A stretch of DNA of 63,960 nt, filler included, from Octopus bimaculoides (lineage: Eukaryota), in NCBI RefSeq assembly GCF_001194135.2. It is 3 parts of 3 records of this genome, joined end to end, with 100 filler letters (N's around TTAATTAATTAA, not from the genome) between each part and the next. Parts side by side here need not be neighbours in the genome. Positions count along the whole stretch, not along the records: positions 1 to 27,521 come from NC_068990.1; positions 27,622 to 48,483 come from NC_068986.1; 1 more part is not named here. One strand, 5' to 3'. The translations under genes were made by a program, and so were the position numbers. This document shows, in pieces, positions 26,256 to 40,832 of this stretch. The notes under the pieces were generated by a model. The model worked only from the letters and a program-made list of their open reading frames with translations, did not search any database and had not been told where the DNA came from. Within the stretch, counting starts at the first letter, position 1. Each line of letters starts with the position of its first letter.

Positions 26256-26506
26256 GTTTATAATGGTTGAGGGAAAATGTTTGGGTTAGCTTTTGTCCCC
26301 ACTGAGAGGCAGTTGGTTCCTGGTTTGGATTGAAATAAGCGAATCAATAACGGTAAAGTGGAGAACGGACCAAGTCATTATAGCGTCTAACGGAGTATCT
26401 CACCTTATTTATTCTAACTCTCTGTACTGTGAGATCAAATCTCACGGAGATCAGCTTTGTCTTTCATTCTTTAGGGGGAGGATAAAATAGATGGGAGGAG
26501 TTGAGA

Positions 26507-26566
<60 letters not shown>

Positions 26567-27086
26567 TAGACAGACAGAGTGACAGACAGCCAGAGACAGA
26601 GAGACGCAGAGACAGACGAGGACAGAGAAGAGAGAAGAGAGAGAGAAGAGGATGAAGAGAGACAGAGAGAAGATCCTCTAACTGGAGAAATGTATACTTC
26701 GGTGAATGAAAGAATGGTTGGCTGGCTAGCTGGATGGATGGCTGGATGGATGGATAAATAGATGAATGGATGGATGAATAAATTAATGGATGGATTAATG
26801 AATGATTAAATAACGGAAGGCTGAGACTGAAACAAAAGATGTTGTTGTAGTTCTTGCATAAATGTTTTCATATTGCTTTGCTTTGTTTCCGCTTTATGTT
26901 CAACATTTGAAATAATTAAATAAAACACGATTTATAAAAAAAAAAATCATATTTTAGTTTTGAATGCAAAATAGATTTACATAGCCTAGTGAAAGCCATT
27001 GCGACGCAGAAGTGGCGCTCAAAAATTTTAGTGGGCCACAGCGATATTGGGATATTTAGAAAAACGTACTGTACATACATGCATAG

Positions 27087-27468
27087 TTGTCGGCACTCCG
27101 TCGGTTACGACGACGAGGGTTCCAGTTGATCCAATCAACTGAATAGCCTGCTCGTGAAATTAACGTGCAAGTGGCTGAGCACTCCACAGACATGTGTACC
27201 CTTAACGTAGTTCTCGGGGGTATTCAGCGTGACTCAGTATGACAAGGCTGACCCTTTGAATAACAGGCACAACAGAAACAGGGAGTAAGAATGAGAGATA
27301 GTTGTGGTGGAAGAGTACAGCAGGGTTCGCCACCATCCCCTGCCGGAGCCTCGTGGAGCTTTAGGTGTTTTCGCTCAATATACACTCACAGCGCCCGGTT
27401 TGGGAATCGAAACCGTGATCCTAAGACCGCGAGTCCGCTGCCCTAACCACTGGGCCATTGTGCCTCCA
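27087..27468 (-). mobile_element. SINE family C, near full length
   Basis: The minus-strand head has an A-box (TGGCCCAGTGG) and a B-box (GGTTTCGATTCC). The body matches the 7055 and 51681 copies. Confidence 0.9.
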
Positions 27469-28135
27469 CGCTAAATATGATATACATACATACATATATA
27501 TATATATATTAATAAATCATANNNNNNNNNNNNNNNNNNNNNNNNNNNNNNNNNNNNNNNNNNNNTTAATTAATTAANNNNNNNNNNNNNNNNNNNNNNN
27601 NNNNNNNNNNNNNNNNNNNNNGTATATATATATATATATATATATGCACATATATATATATAGTCTCTGAACAATGACTATTACAACCGTGTGCGTGTTT
27701 GTTTCTTCAGGTATGTGTATGATTATGTGTTTATATATGTCTGTATTATGGGTATATCCGAATGCTTGTCAGTCTTGTTTCAACAATGTATATTTTATAT
27801 GAATATGCTTCGTGTTAGCTAACTGAAACAGCATAAATGAAAGCAAGTTTCATATTAGTCGATACCGAGTCCAGCTGAGTTAACCTATAAGTACTTGAGT
27901 GTGTGTGTGTGTGCATGCATGAGTGTGAGTAGGTGCGTTTGTGTGTGAGAGTGTGCGTGCGCGCACACCTGTTTGTGTTTATGTGTGTGTCTGTGTGTGT
28001 GCGTGCGTGCACGTGTTTATGTGTGTGTGTGCGTGTTTATGTGTGTGCGTGTTTATGTGTGTGTGTGTGTGTGCGTGTGTGTGCGTATGTGTGTGCGTGT
28101 AAGTGCGTGTTTTTTGTGCGTGGGTGCGTGCGTGA

Positions 28136-28170
<35 letters not shown>

Positions 28171-28642
28171 TGTGTAGATATACAATCATGCAACAAATCC
28201 CTTACTATTTCGAAAGACCGGATGTTTGTGTTGTCAGAATTTGCACCAGTCTACTCATAAAACGATATTATTTCAACATTCAACAACAAGAAAGGAAATA
28301 TAGCTTGGTTCTTACAACCACTCAAACAATTAGCTTCCATCAAGTATTACGAGTTAGAAAAGCTGATAAGTAAATCGATAGTCTCTTGAGTTTGACGTCA
28401 CCTAATTGAAAATTGAGAAATATTTCAATTTATTATATATCTTTCAGTTTGTGAGAAGATTCTGCTTTCGTATCAGATATCTTCAATAAGAAATGTTTTC
28501 TGGTCTTCCTTCCGCAAAACTTTTACATATTGACTTGATATTGAATTAAAGAAATTCTATTTGTGCTATTTTCTAAGCGAGCAAAAAACACACCGAATTT
28601 ATTTTTATCATAATCAAAATACAAAATTCGCAGACTAATTGA

Positions 28643-28692
28643 TACGATAAACGTATAGTGTACGATAAACGTATAGTGTACGATAAACGTAT
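28643..28692. repeat. 18-bp minisatellite, about 2.8 copies (tacgataaacgtatagtg)
   Basis: Exact tandem copies. Confidence 0.85.
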
Positions 28693-28809
28693 CTACGTCT
28701 ACAAAAATATCATCAAACTGATTTTAATGAATACATATTCTAATAACTAAGAAAATAATAGCGTTGAATGTTTGATAAAAAAAAATCACAAAACTGTTAA
28801 AAATGCCAT

Positions 28810-29155
28810 CAATATAAGTGGCTGAATTGGCAGAATCGTTAGGGCCATTTCGACTGTCTTTGTGTTCTGAGTTCAAATTCCCCAGTAGTCGAATTTGCCT
28901 CTCATCCTCTCGAAGTCGATAAAACAAGTAGCAGCAGAGAGCTGGGGTTGATGTAATCGATTTACACTTACCCCTGAAATTGATGATCTTGTATCAAAAT
29001 TTGAAACCAAAGTCGGTGAGCTTGGAGAATTGGTAGCAAGTCGGATATGTTTTGCGGCAGTTTGTCAGTCTTTACGCTTTGCGATCAAATTTCGCGGAAG
29101 TGGACTTTGCTTGTCACAGAATTGCTGGCTTTGTGCCAAAATTTGAAATCAATAT
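28810..29155. mobile_element. SINE family A fragments in both orientations
   Basis: 'gttctgagttcaaattccccagtagtcgaatttgcctctcatcctctcgaagtcgataaaacaagta' and a second head at about 29015. Confidence 0.6.
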
Positions 29156-29303
29156 TAATAGGAATGTTGTTCACCACCCGTAGATTTTTTTTCTTTCAGA
29201 CACACAGATAAGTAAACATACATTTCTCTCTCATTCTCTCTCTCTCCACGCACAGGCACACGCATACGCAAACACATTCACACATAAGCGCACATGCACG
29301 CAC

Positions 29304-29348
<45 letters not shown>

Positions 29349-29356
29349 AAACACAC

Positions 29357-29413
<57 letters not shown>

Positions 29414-29996
29414 TACTCGGATGTATGCATAGATATATACATACACACACACCCACAAGCGTGGCAGAATATGTTGGACTTTATGTCAAAGCCTCAGTTT
29501 TAAAAATATTTATATCAAGAACTCATAAATCTAAGGGATCTTCCGCATACTTAAGGAATAAAAAAAATCGTCTATAGAAACAGATGTACACACCCATCTC
29601 GTGAAATCGTGGCTATTCTTGATAATCACAGTGTCTTCTAGAAGTCATCACCGTTAGAACATTTTGAGCAAAGACTCGTTGGCACACCAGCATGTTTGTA
29701 ACATTTCCAGGAAAACATGTTCAGCCAGAACAAAGACTATATGGCATCAGCAAGAGATGCCTGCTTTTTGCAGGATAATCTTGCAGAGATAGCTAAGAAG
29801 TTATTAGTCCCATACTCCAGCAAAGAAAAAGGATAAAAAACCCCACTTCATCGATAAGGTCTGCTCAGGTATGGATTATTGCCTTTCAAACCTCCAGAAT
29901 GCTGAGCCAATCGTGACAGGTGTCGAAATCGAACTGGTTAATTCAGAGCAAGCTTAACTAAAGGAGTTATTTTGTGCTAATAGTCCGGAGATTTAT

Positions 29997-30210
29997 GGCG
30001 GTGAGCTGGCAGAATGGTGAACACACCGGCTAAATGCTTAACAGTATTTCTTCAATCATCACTTTCTGAGTTCAAATTTTGCTGAGGTCGACTTTGTCTT
30101 TCGTCCTCTCAGGGTCGATAAAATAACTACCAGTTGAACGACGGGGTCAATTTAATCGACTTACCCCTTTCTCCAAAACTGCTGGCCTTGTGCCATAATT
30201 TGAAAGCGAT
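29997..30210 (+). mobile_element. SINE family A copy
   Basis: 'ggcggtgagctggcagaatgg...ttctgagttcaaattttgctgaggtcgactttgtctttcgtcctctcagggtcgataaaataactaccag'. Confidence 0.85.
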
Positions 30211-31300
30211 TTTCAGACAGTTTGACTTTGGTACAGCAGTCTTCGACAGATAATAGTCACAACGTCACCGATACTATGTACATTATTCTGGAGTTAGATT
30301 GCAGATATGTTCTGCCGTATCCTTCCGGTTGAGATTAGTTTTGCTTTTGAGTTCATTATTGATTTTGAATAAACCTATGACATAAAGCAGTATGATTTCA
30401 TACAGCATCCTCCACAAAATTTAATAAACGAAAAACCCCACTGATATGACATATCATTCTAGACATATCTAAGGTAAAACAAAAAAAATCGATGCAAATT
30501 CTTGCTATATTATATTGTACATTTTACAAATCAATCACGAAATACTTCTGTTAAATCATACAATTCACATTGAAATTCAAAACCATTACATGAGAAACGT
30601 TCAAAGCTAAACCGATCTCGAGCCGTTCAATCTTATTTAGCATGAACGAATGAATTACAGTACGTATGCTGGCGCAGAGGCTGGTGAAATCGTAAGCCAA
30701 CAGTTAATAATTAATTTGATTTTATAAGTAACATTTCTGGCGTAGGTGTGTATAGAAACATCAGACTTATAACATCCCAGAGTAGGAGTCGGCCACAGCT
30801 AACGAGTAGAAGAAACATCGTAGACTCCTTGTTGATAGGAAAAGTCAAAAATTGTCATATAAATCAGTAGATTAATAATATCACTAAATATGTTTGCCAG
30901 TTTTTTGCTTTAAACATATCCTTGCCAATGACTATTTAAAGGCTTCATGTCCGACCCCAAAATACAACCGAAGATTCCTGTGATCAAGAACTTAACAAAA
31001 AGAGAAATGAGTGTTGTGGATATATATATANNNNNNNNNNNNNNNNNNNNNNNNNNNNNNNNNNNNNNNNNNNNNNNNNNNNNNNNNNNNNNNNNNNNNN
31101 NNNNNNNNNNNNNNNNNNNNNNNNNNNNNNNNNNNNNNNNNNNNNNNNNNNNNNNNNNNNNNNNNNNNNNNNNNNNNNNNNNNNNNNNNNNNNNNNNNNN
31201 NNNNNNNNNNNNNNNNNNNNNNNNNNNNNNNNNNNNNNNNNNNNNNNNNNNNNNNNNNNNNNNNNNNNNNNNNNNNNNNNNNNNNNNNNNNNATATGTAT

Positions 31301-31698
31301 GTAGTAGCTGTGTGGTAAGTAGTTTGCTTACCAACCACATGGTTCTGGGTTCAGTCCCACTGCGTGGCACCTTGGGCAAGTGTCTTCTACTATAACCTCG
31401 GGCTGACTAAAGCCTTGTGAGTAGATTTGGTAGACGAAAACTGAAAGAAGCCCGTCGTATATATGTATGTGTGTTTGTGTGTCTGTGTGTTTGTGTGTCT
31501 GTCTTTGTCCCCCCACTATCGCTTGACAACCGATGTTGGTGTGTTTACGTCCCCGTAACTTCGCGGTTCGGCAAAAAAGAGACCGATAGAATAAGTACTA
31601 GGCTTACAAAGAATAAGTTCTGAGGTCGATTTTCTCGACTAAAGGCTGTGCTCCAGCATGGCTGCAGTCAAATGACTGAAACAAGTAAAAAAGTAAGA
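31301..31698 (+). mobile_element. SINE family B, near full length
   Basis: Head, CORE-like segment, internal (TG)n and tail 'gctccagcatggctgcagtcaaatgactgaaacaagtaaaa'. It is the reverse complement of 52775-53186. Confidence 0.9.
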
Positions 31699-34600
31699 GC
31701 ATATATATAACATGCTGGTGTAAACGCCAACGAACCTTAGCTCAAAACGTTCGAATGGCGATAACTTCCAGAAGACAATGTGGCAATCAAGAATAGCCAC
31801 GATTTCACGAGATGGGTGTGTATATTTGTTTCTTTGGATGAATTTTTTATTCCTTAAGTATGCGGAAGATCCCTTAGATTGTTGTGTTCTTACTATGAAT
31901 ATATTTAATACTGAGGCTTTGACATAAAGTCCAACATATTCTGCCACGTTTGTGTGTGTATGTATATTTATATATTGGGTTAACAAGAAAGTAATTTCGT
32001 TTTTTGCATCGGCAAGACCATCGGACGTTGTTGCAAATCACTGGAGAAAATGCACTTTGTTGCTTTTGAACGATGCCATCCCGCTGGTTTGGCGGGCAGG
32101 CTAACATTCCCTTCTGAACAGAATAATAGTTCGTCACGGAGTTATCCTTTAATAGCTAAGAGAACTGGTGTAGTGTTAAACTGTATATTTGTTCCGCAAG
32201 AAATCAACACCGGTCTCGAAATCGATTGCCCCATCCTGCGATCGCGTGTGAAACAGTCTAGCCACTATAGTATCGCACAAAAGCCATTAGGCTACGCGCC
32301 TACACACACACATACATACACGCACACACACACACACACAAACACACACGAACATATATACGCATATATACTCAAATGTATACATACATATGTATGCATA
32401 TGTGTACATACATATATATTTATACATATATGTTTATACACATATATTCACACACACACATACACAAATATATATATGCACATAAATACATGCATACATA
32501 AGTATATAATGCGTTAGTGCATATATCTACATGTATTCATGTGAATACGCACACCACACTCAATAACATATTCGTACTATTGATTTCAAATATAAGGGCA
32601 ACTTCCAATATTTATAAACGAAGAAGAAGCCCGCGTAACATCCTCTGTTTTTCTACAATCAGTTAGCGAAATCAAATATTTTGTTAGCTTCCACACAAGC
32701 GTATCAGTAGTGAACAATAATTAGACCATTATCAAATGTTATTAAAATGCGATTTATCTGTTTGAGTAGAATTAAGTGAAAAATTGATTAATATGACCAT
32801 TAAGAATAAAATAACCACTGATGTTGTTTGTAGCAGATTTTATCCAAATTATGAGACTGATAACAAGTGATAACTTTATATTTACACATAAAATATTAGA
32901 GAAGCCCTGTCAAAGAAATTAGTACATGAATTTATTTGGCGATTGTGTTCCTTTGATCAACTTATTCAAAGAACGCTACAAATTAAAGATATTAAGATAA
33001 ATACGGATAAAATAGATTAATAATAATGGCCTTTAAAGGAAAACCTTGTACAATGCACAAATATAAAGTTATATTCGAAATTGCCCGCATACTGAAAACA
33101 ATGTTTCTCAATTTTCAAGGAAGGCTTAAATCTTTAACATTATCATTCTAAAATTTCTCTCTCTCCTGTAATATCGATGCTGTTATTTAGCTCACTATTG
33201 TTGGTCCTGATCTAGTATACATATCGTCATAAGCATTCCAGTCGTGATCATCCAACCTTTTTGTTCACGCACAGTATACCTAGTGCTACATTTTCTAATT
33301 TATTATTCTATGCTAAAGAGATTTGGCTGTAATTTATAAGCGGAAGCAAAACAATATAATATCTTCGTCAGTGCTTGACCTGTAATCTTTGCAGAAATTG
33401 ATGAATATTGCATATGCACGTATTGAGATTACTATTGTCACTATTGTTGTCTTGTAGCTCTAATCTGCGCAGTGAGCAGGCTATGATCTAAGGCGCTTCA
33501 GTGACGACGTCCTGTATTTGTCTTTTTTGTGTTTGTTTGTTTTTTGATGGTGGGGATTGTAGATTGAGAGCATTAACATGCGTGTCTTCTCATTTTACTG
33601 TTGTTCCAAGCATATCTTGCGACCATGTAGTGGTTCGTTTGTTAGCTACGGTTCTCTTCTTAGCTCAATTTGTCATTAAATTACTTTTTTAACAGTGCCT
33701 TTTATAAAACTAATGCAGCACTCATTAAAGAAGGGCATCTTTGAAGTAACAAAGGATGTTGTTTTTACCCAAAAATGTCTACTAGGCTCAACCACGAACC
33801 GAAATATTGCTCTAATACTCAGTAAAAAGAGAAGGCAAACGTCATGTTCAGCTCTACTTTAGAAATTCAGAGCGTTGGTTTAGATTTAATCCATATACAA
33901 TGCAAGACATACAACGGTCCACATAATAGCATTCTCACCAGGCATTAACACTCAATCTCAGGTTGTTATCTTATTGGATTACCTTGGCTGAATAATACAA
34001 TACACATTTCTTACATTTTCATTATTAGCACAAAATGCATAGAGGTTTCTCATAGACGCAAATTGAATCTAAATATCGCTGTAGTACTGCATACCAGATA
34101 CGAGTCGCTAAGCATATGTTCAGAACTGCTATACAAATCTGGGGCCCTGGATAACATTTAGTTTGCGGATAAATTTTCCTGTGGACCAATTCATTATCAG
34201 TCTAATCAGACGTTAGAATCAACTCACCGACTGATATCTTTTCCGACTAACATACATTACACAATGACGTTTCTATTGATTTTTACGCGTGACTTGCTGT
34301 TCTGACAACAGATTTTCTACATGGTCACTGTACCCGTTAGCAATAACAGCCAATTCTCCATCATACATCTTCAGGTTTTAGAAAAGAGCATTTACAATAA
34401 CAATATTATCATAAAATTCAAAACTAAAAATCGGGAAAACATGACGGATATCTATGATTATAGATCCGCTTCATGAGAACCGAGGAGTGGTGAAACAACA
34501 ACAGGAATAATAAAACCACACTTAAAACCTGCAGCAAAAAGTTTTGATCACTTAGTGTGAAATTCCATCTGGTATTTCATTTAAGAACGTCATTCAAATT

Positions 34601-35219
34601 TAGCTATTTTTAATACATTGATTTTTATATCGATTAAAACTATACATACGTATGAGAGAGTCTCCTGTATGTGCTCAAATGTACTATATGCATGTGTGTG
34701 CGCACGTGTGTCTCTGTGTGTTTGATTGTGTATGGGTGTGGTGTATTTATTTAATATTCAGTAGTCTAGGCAATCTATTTTTACGGAATATCTTAATGAT
34801 TCTATGATTCTGGAAGCATTAATTAGTTAAATTAAATTTAATTTTAGATATGCAATTTTTAAATTTCAGAAAGAATTATTATTGTAAGTTCATCCAGTTT
34901 TGTGGCAAAACCTCTGGTATCACCAGACAAGCTATCAATATTGCTTCTTAATCACCTCTGCGCTCTCTGTGAGTAATGCTTACATTTACATAAACGGTGT
35001 GAATGTGTGAATATCAGTGTATGTGTAGGCGTGCTTGTGTGAATGTGTGAGTGCTTGTATGTATCAGTTTAGTGTGCTGCAACATAACTTGCAACTCTGT
35101 TTCCATTGGATGTAGTAATACTGCCATTACCATCATTATATTTGTCATGACTAAACTCACTCGATGTTGATTATATCTAACACAGCGCTCGTCTGCTGAA
35201 GGTAGGGAAAGCAAAGTCG

Positions 35220-35406
35220 GACCTGGCTGAAATCCTTTTTACTATAGACACAAGGCCTGAAGTTGGGAGAAGGAGACTTGGCGATTACATTGACCCCAGT
35301 GCTGAACAAGTAATTATTTTAACGACTTCGATAGGTTGAAAGGCGTAGTCAACCTCGGCAGAATTCGAGCTCAGAATATAAAAACAGACGAAAAGCCGCT
35401 AAGCCA
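35220..35406 (-). mobile_element. SINE family A copy, cut at its head by the 148-bp inverted duplicate
   Basis: 'gattacattgaccccagtgc...gtcaacctcggcagaattcgagctcagaa...ccgctaagc' ends abruptly at 35406. Confidence 0.7.
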
Positions 35407-36995
35407 ATGTGATCCTGAATTGTGTTGGGGGCGTATGACACGTGGCCCCAGCCTTGGGGGAATTCTGAATTTAATGTTAAAGTCAGTTGAGCAATGATGG
35501 TGGTATTTTCTCTATGTTGTGCAAATGCTGAGTGTTTTACATATTTATTGTACTCAGAAAGAAAAGCAATATAACTAGATACTGCAAAACATTTTGTTCG
35601 TCACTCTACCAATTAAAACAGTACAGCGCGTTCATTATAAAGCTCTTGAAAAAGGGATGGCCACTGTTTATTTTCATTTTCTGTTCATGTTTTTAAAATA
35701 CACTTTCCTGATCGTTTGAAAAGAAACCGGTTTCTTGACCGTGATTTAAACAATTCTGTTTCATTTTTAATGATGACGACGAGAGTAACACTTTGAAGTA
35801 AAAACAATTTCACGGTCAAATCCCAACATCCCTATACACTAAACCCATATCTCTCCACTTTATCACCAAATAAACGCAGGTTAATATCTTTATCGTTTTA
35901 TATCTTTAATTGTTTTAATCATTGGACTGTGATCAAGCTGGAGCACCGCCTTTACGCGCTTAGTCAAACAAATCTTATTGTTCCAAGACTGGTACTTGTA
36001 CCGAGTTGCTAGGCCGCCAGGTTTCGGTGACGTCTACAAACCAGCCTGGTTATCAGGCGGTGTTGGATGCATATAAAATCACAAAAACACACACACACAC
36101 ACACTCTCTCTCTCATGCACACACATACATACGCGCATGCACTCACATACATATGTGTATGCATGCATGCATACATACATACATACATACGTACATACAT
36201 AAATACATACATGTATGCTTGCATACATTCCTACATGCATACTTACATAGATACGTGCGTACATGTATGTATGTATGTATGTATGTATGTATGTATGTAT
36301 GTACACATTTTCTGCATAAACTTGGCTCACGAGCTAATGGTCGGTTCTGGGCTACAATAGAAGATACTTGCTCAAGATACTGCTCTCGAAATATTGTGGT
36401 TTCAAAACGAGCATCTTAAACACACAGCTATGCCCATACATAAAGTTCCAAATGTTTAATGTTTAAAGTTCACTGAATAGCAATGTAAAAATTTACTCGT
36501 GGAAACTCTTTCTAAAGCATGCAAAAAGTAAAAGTATACGATGATGATTCTAATAGCATTAGAAAATTGGCATTTACGGAATGCAACAACACAGACTGGA
36601 GTTAGTCTTAATTTTAGAGGTAACTGGTGAAAGCTACGGACATACCTTGGTCATGTTAGACTTTCTTATTGACACTTTTTTAATCAGTGGACGATACTTT
36701 GAGATGATCAGTGTATATTGAAATAGAGGTAAAATAGTTGTGTTAATTATACATTCAACAACAGTCTTAAAGGAAAATATATGAAGAGAGCGGTTTGCAT
36801 ATTAATTAAACATATATTAGAGGCTCACATATGTATTTGATTGACTTGAAAAATTGTAATTTATTGAAAGTAACAAAGTTATTTTTCTTTCAGATTTTAA
36901 ACAACCATATAGGGATGTTTAATCTGCTAGTTACATACATAATTGTAGTTAACTAAAGATTTTCAACTCACTATGACGTATGTGAAACGCTATTA

Positions 36996-37330
36996 AGTAC
37001 AATAAATATGTAAAACACTCAGCATTTGCACAACATAGAGAAAATACCACCACCATTGCCCAACTGACTTTAACATTAAATTCAGAATTCTCCCAAGGCT
37101 GGGGCCACGTGTCATACGCCCCCAACACAATTCAGGATCACATGTAAATTCACTGCAGCACAATTTCTTTTCCTCAACAAACCCTGCTCTATTTAAAATT
37201 GTCCCAAATAAATCAAAGAAAAAGATCCCATCACCTTCAAACAAAACCTGGACAAATTTCAAGGGATACCAGATAAGCCATCTATTTCTGGATGCATCTC
37301 AGTCAACAAGAACTCTCTACATGAAAGGAC
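36996..37330 (+). mobile_element. CR1-like LINE 3' fragment
   Basis: The frameshifted translation RKYHHHCPTDFNIKFRILPRLGPRVIRP...HNFFSSTNPALF...FKQNLDKF..GIPDKP resembles the C-terminus of CR1-clade ORF2. Confidence 0.6.
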
Positions 37331-39927
37331 CATTATACCACAAAACTGTACTTGAAAATTACTTAGCAGATTCTATCAGGTGGTGCTATTAAGTTAGATA
37401 TATACACGCACACATATATACATACAAAAACACACATACGCACACACACACACAACGTATATATGCTTATAATGCTTAATAATAATGGGGCTTCCATTGT
37501 CTCAACCAATTGTCTTTAAAGATATGGTCCATTTCCATCAACGTCATCATTTTTTTTATCAGATATTTCAATGTGTTGACTTTATTCATATAGCCTCTCT
37601 TGCATATCATTTTAGATTTTATATACCCATCAAAGTCAGTTTCGTCTACTAATTACTTGGATAATTTTAGTTAACGGAAGGGTTTTAAACTTACTATTGT
37701 GCATATCAGTTGATATAATGTGTGAGTATTTAGTATGCAAAAAGCTCGCCACACAAAGTCGGTTTCTCTTAACCATATTGGAAATATTGAGTCGGTTATC
37801 ACGGTCTATAAAAACGATAGCAACATATTTAAGGTTTATTTATCATTGATTTTATTTGGATTCTTTATTTCTTGCTTTATTTCTTATGTACATTTTCTTT
37901 TGAATTCTTTGAGGGGAAAACGTTGGTAGATTTAAGTCTTCACAAAAAAAAAAAAAAAAAAAAAAAGAAATCAGATTGAATATTTCCATTACGAAATAAT
38001 TTCCTGTGTCCTCAATATATGAACTGGCTTGGAATAGATCGGCATTGAAATACGAAAATAGCTTGCCCGTAAAAACTTCTAAGACACTTCGGTTGTCTGA
38101 AAAGAGAGGTTAATTTTCGTTCTGAAGCGAAAATTCATTGGATCTCATAAAAGAAAATAGAAGGGATAAAATATATATTGTAGATATACACTGCACTTTA
38201 AAGCCTGAAGTTGCACACGGATATAATTGCTTCTATTTCTAAGCTAGGTTATGGTAATATAATTTTTTTTTCTCATATAAATACATACATCTCTCTCTAT
38301 GCATGCCTACATGTATGTGTGTGTGCGTGTGTGTGTGTATACATTTATGTGTATACACTGAACATTAAACAAGCCGATAAGTTAAAACTATAATCCAAGT
38401 CCATTCAAAATTATGTGTGCATACATACATATATACATATATACATACATATATGCATACACTCACACACACATATATGCATACAAGTATATGTAAATAT
38501 GCATACATTTATACATATGTATGCATAAATGCATTATTATATGGATAGTATGTAGGAGTGTATACAAATATATCCATACACATGTATGTAATTATATGCT
38601 CACGCACACATGCATACACATACACATATGAGTCAACTGTGTAAAAATCATATATATTCCTCGTATATGCGTGTTTTCGTGTGTGGTTGTGTTAGTGTAT
38701 GCGTAGAGTTTTATGGAGTTTTAATTTGCTTTTATGTTTTATGTTTATTGTTAATCATTCTTTACGTGCATTTGTCTGTGTGTTTGTGCATCGTTGTTTG
38801 CGTATGGGTGCGCTATGACCAAGTGTGTAGTAATATCATTACACATGGATGTTTTGTTAAGGAAAACGTGAGTGTTTATCGAATGTGCGTGTGTAAGGTA
38901 GGGCATGTGCGTTTGACTCTTTTTATATGTGTGAATCTGTGTGTTACCAGCGCGGTGTTATGTTGTGTTGCTGTTTATACATGTATGTAATTGCTACGAA
39001 CGTGTGCGTCTCGCTTAGTTTCTATTTATGCCGTGAGTATGTGTAAGTATGATGTTTTTGTGTGAATGCGTATTTGGTTGTGAGTGTGTGAGTATACATA
39101 TATAAACATACGTATGTAGTTGTCTGTATAATGTGTGCGAGGTGGTGAGATGTATGTAAAAACATATAGGGTAGAGGTTGACATTACGTGTAAAGAAAAT
39201 TTGATGGCTGAAAATGAGTTCTGTTCTTGCTGAAGACGTGTGCCTGTGTAATCGATAATGTGGAGTTTCGCTCTTTACGGAGAGACGGCAAACGGAGTGA
39301 GTGACAAGCAGAGAAGAGATAATAGACGGAGCATTCACTATAAAAAAAAAAACTGTCACGCTGGTATTCGATGAAAAGGACAACCATCATGATATTTGCA
39401 TCGATATAGAAGTTGCAGAGTGTGTAATTTATAGAACTATGCACAAACACACATGCACAGACATATATATATAGATGCATATGTGCATATATATATATAT
39501 ATATATATATANNNNNNNNNNNNNNNNNNNNNNNNNNNNNNNNNNNNNNNNNNNNNNNNNNNNNNNNNNNNNNNNNNNNNNNNNNNNNNNNNNNNNNNNN
39601 NNNNNNNNNNNNNNNNNNNNNNNNNNNNNNNNNNNNNNNNNNNNNNNNNNNNNNNNNNNNNNNNNNNNNNNNNNNNNNNNNNNNNNNNNNNNNNNNNNNN
39701 NNNNNNNNNNNNNNNNNNNNNNNNNNNNNNNNNNNNNNNNNNNNNNNNNNNNNNNNNNNNNNNNNNNNNNNNNNNNNNNNNNNNNNNNNNNNNNNNNNNN
39801 NNNNNNNNNNNNNNNNNNNNNNNNNNNNNNNNNNNNNNNNNNNNNNNNNNNNNNNNNNNNNNNNNNNNNNNNNNNNNNNNNNNNNNNNNNNNNNNNNNNN
39901 NNNNNNNNNNNNNNNNNNNNNNNNNNN

Positions 39928-39978
<51 letters not shown>

Positions 39979-39994
39979 ATATATATATGCAAGC

Positions 39995-40026
<32 letters not shown>

Positions 40027-40759
40027 TGGAGAGAGAGATAAAGAGACCTACCTCCTCAGATCACCTAGATATCATGGTTACATCAATAGTTCAACTCAAA
40101 ATATAAACACAAAATTTGCACTGTGTATAGACAATGTAAGGAGGGACGGAAATGGAGAAAATTACATTGATTTGGTGAATAAAAGGTAAACACCAGAGTA
40201 AAGATGTACTGGTTAGGTGCGGTGCGATTAGATGGGCTCTCAGTAGTTATAGGGTTAATAGCTATATAATTCAGCTAAGCCCTTTTAAATCTGGTAATAT
40301 ATGCATCAATATTTAGCATGATGGAGGTTGACCATGTATCTATTGAAAAATGTATAAGTTCTTGGAAGTGTTTGTCTAAAGCCTAGAAAAATTTTGCAGA
40401 CATATTGGGAGCAACGTTTAGACTGGACGTGAGAGTGCTAAACTATAATTAACGCTTTTTGAAATCTATTTTTATTTCTAAACTTATTTCGATTAGGATT
40501 AGAGAGAACTTGGTTATTATTTATACACCCTACTTTACTATTGCCCATAGACGTATCATCCTGATTAACTACCTTCTACCTTGATACCCTCCCACTTTTG
40601 CTCCTCTAAGGAGTCTAAGTCTGTAGATATTCTATGAATCCAAGGGGCCTTTTCGTTGTGTGTTTTTTCTTCTGCCCAAATTTTATTCCAAAATTCCTGC
40701 ACATCTTCTTTTGATAGGACAGACTTCACCGTTTATCATCATCATCATCATCATCATCA

Positions 40760-40831
<72 letters not shown>

Positions 40832-40832
<1 letters not shown>

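Noticed and set aside
27395-27468. tRNA-like sequences (A and B boxes) here and at about 7330-7403, 49205-49280, 51955-52030 and in the family A/B heads
   Set aside because: They are SINE heads fused to SINE bodies, without a proper cloverleaf or acceptor stem, so they are not tRNA genes.
27566-27577. Identical 12-mer TTAATTAATTAA isolated between N-runs here and at 48528-48539
   Set aside because: It is a six-frame-stop-type spacer sitting inside gaps, almost certainly inserted by the assembly pipeline and not biological.
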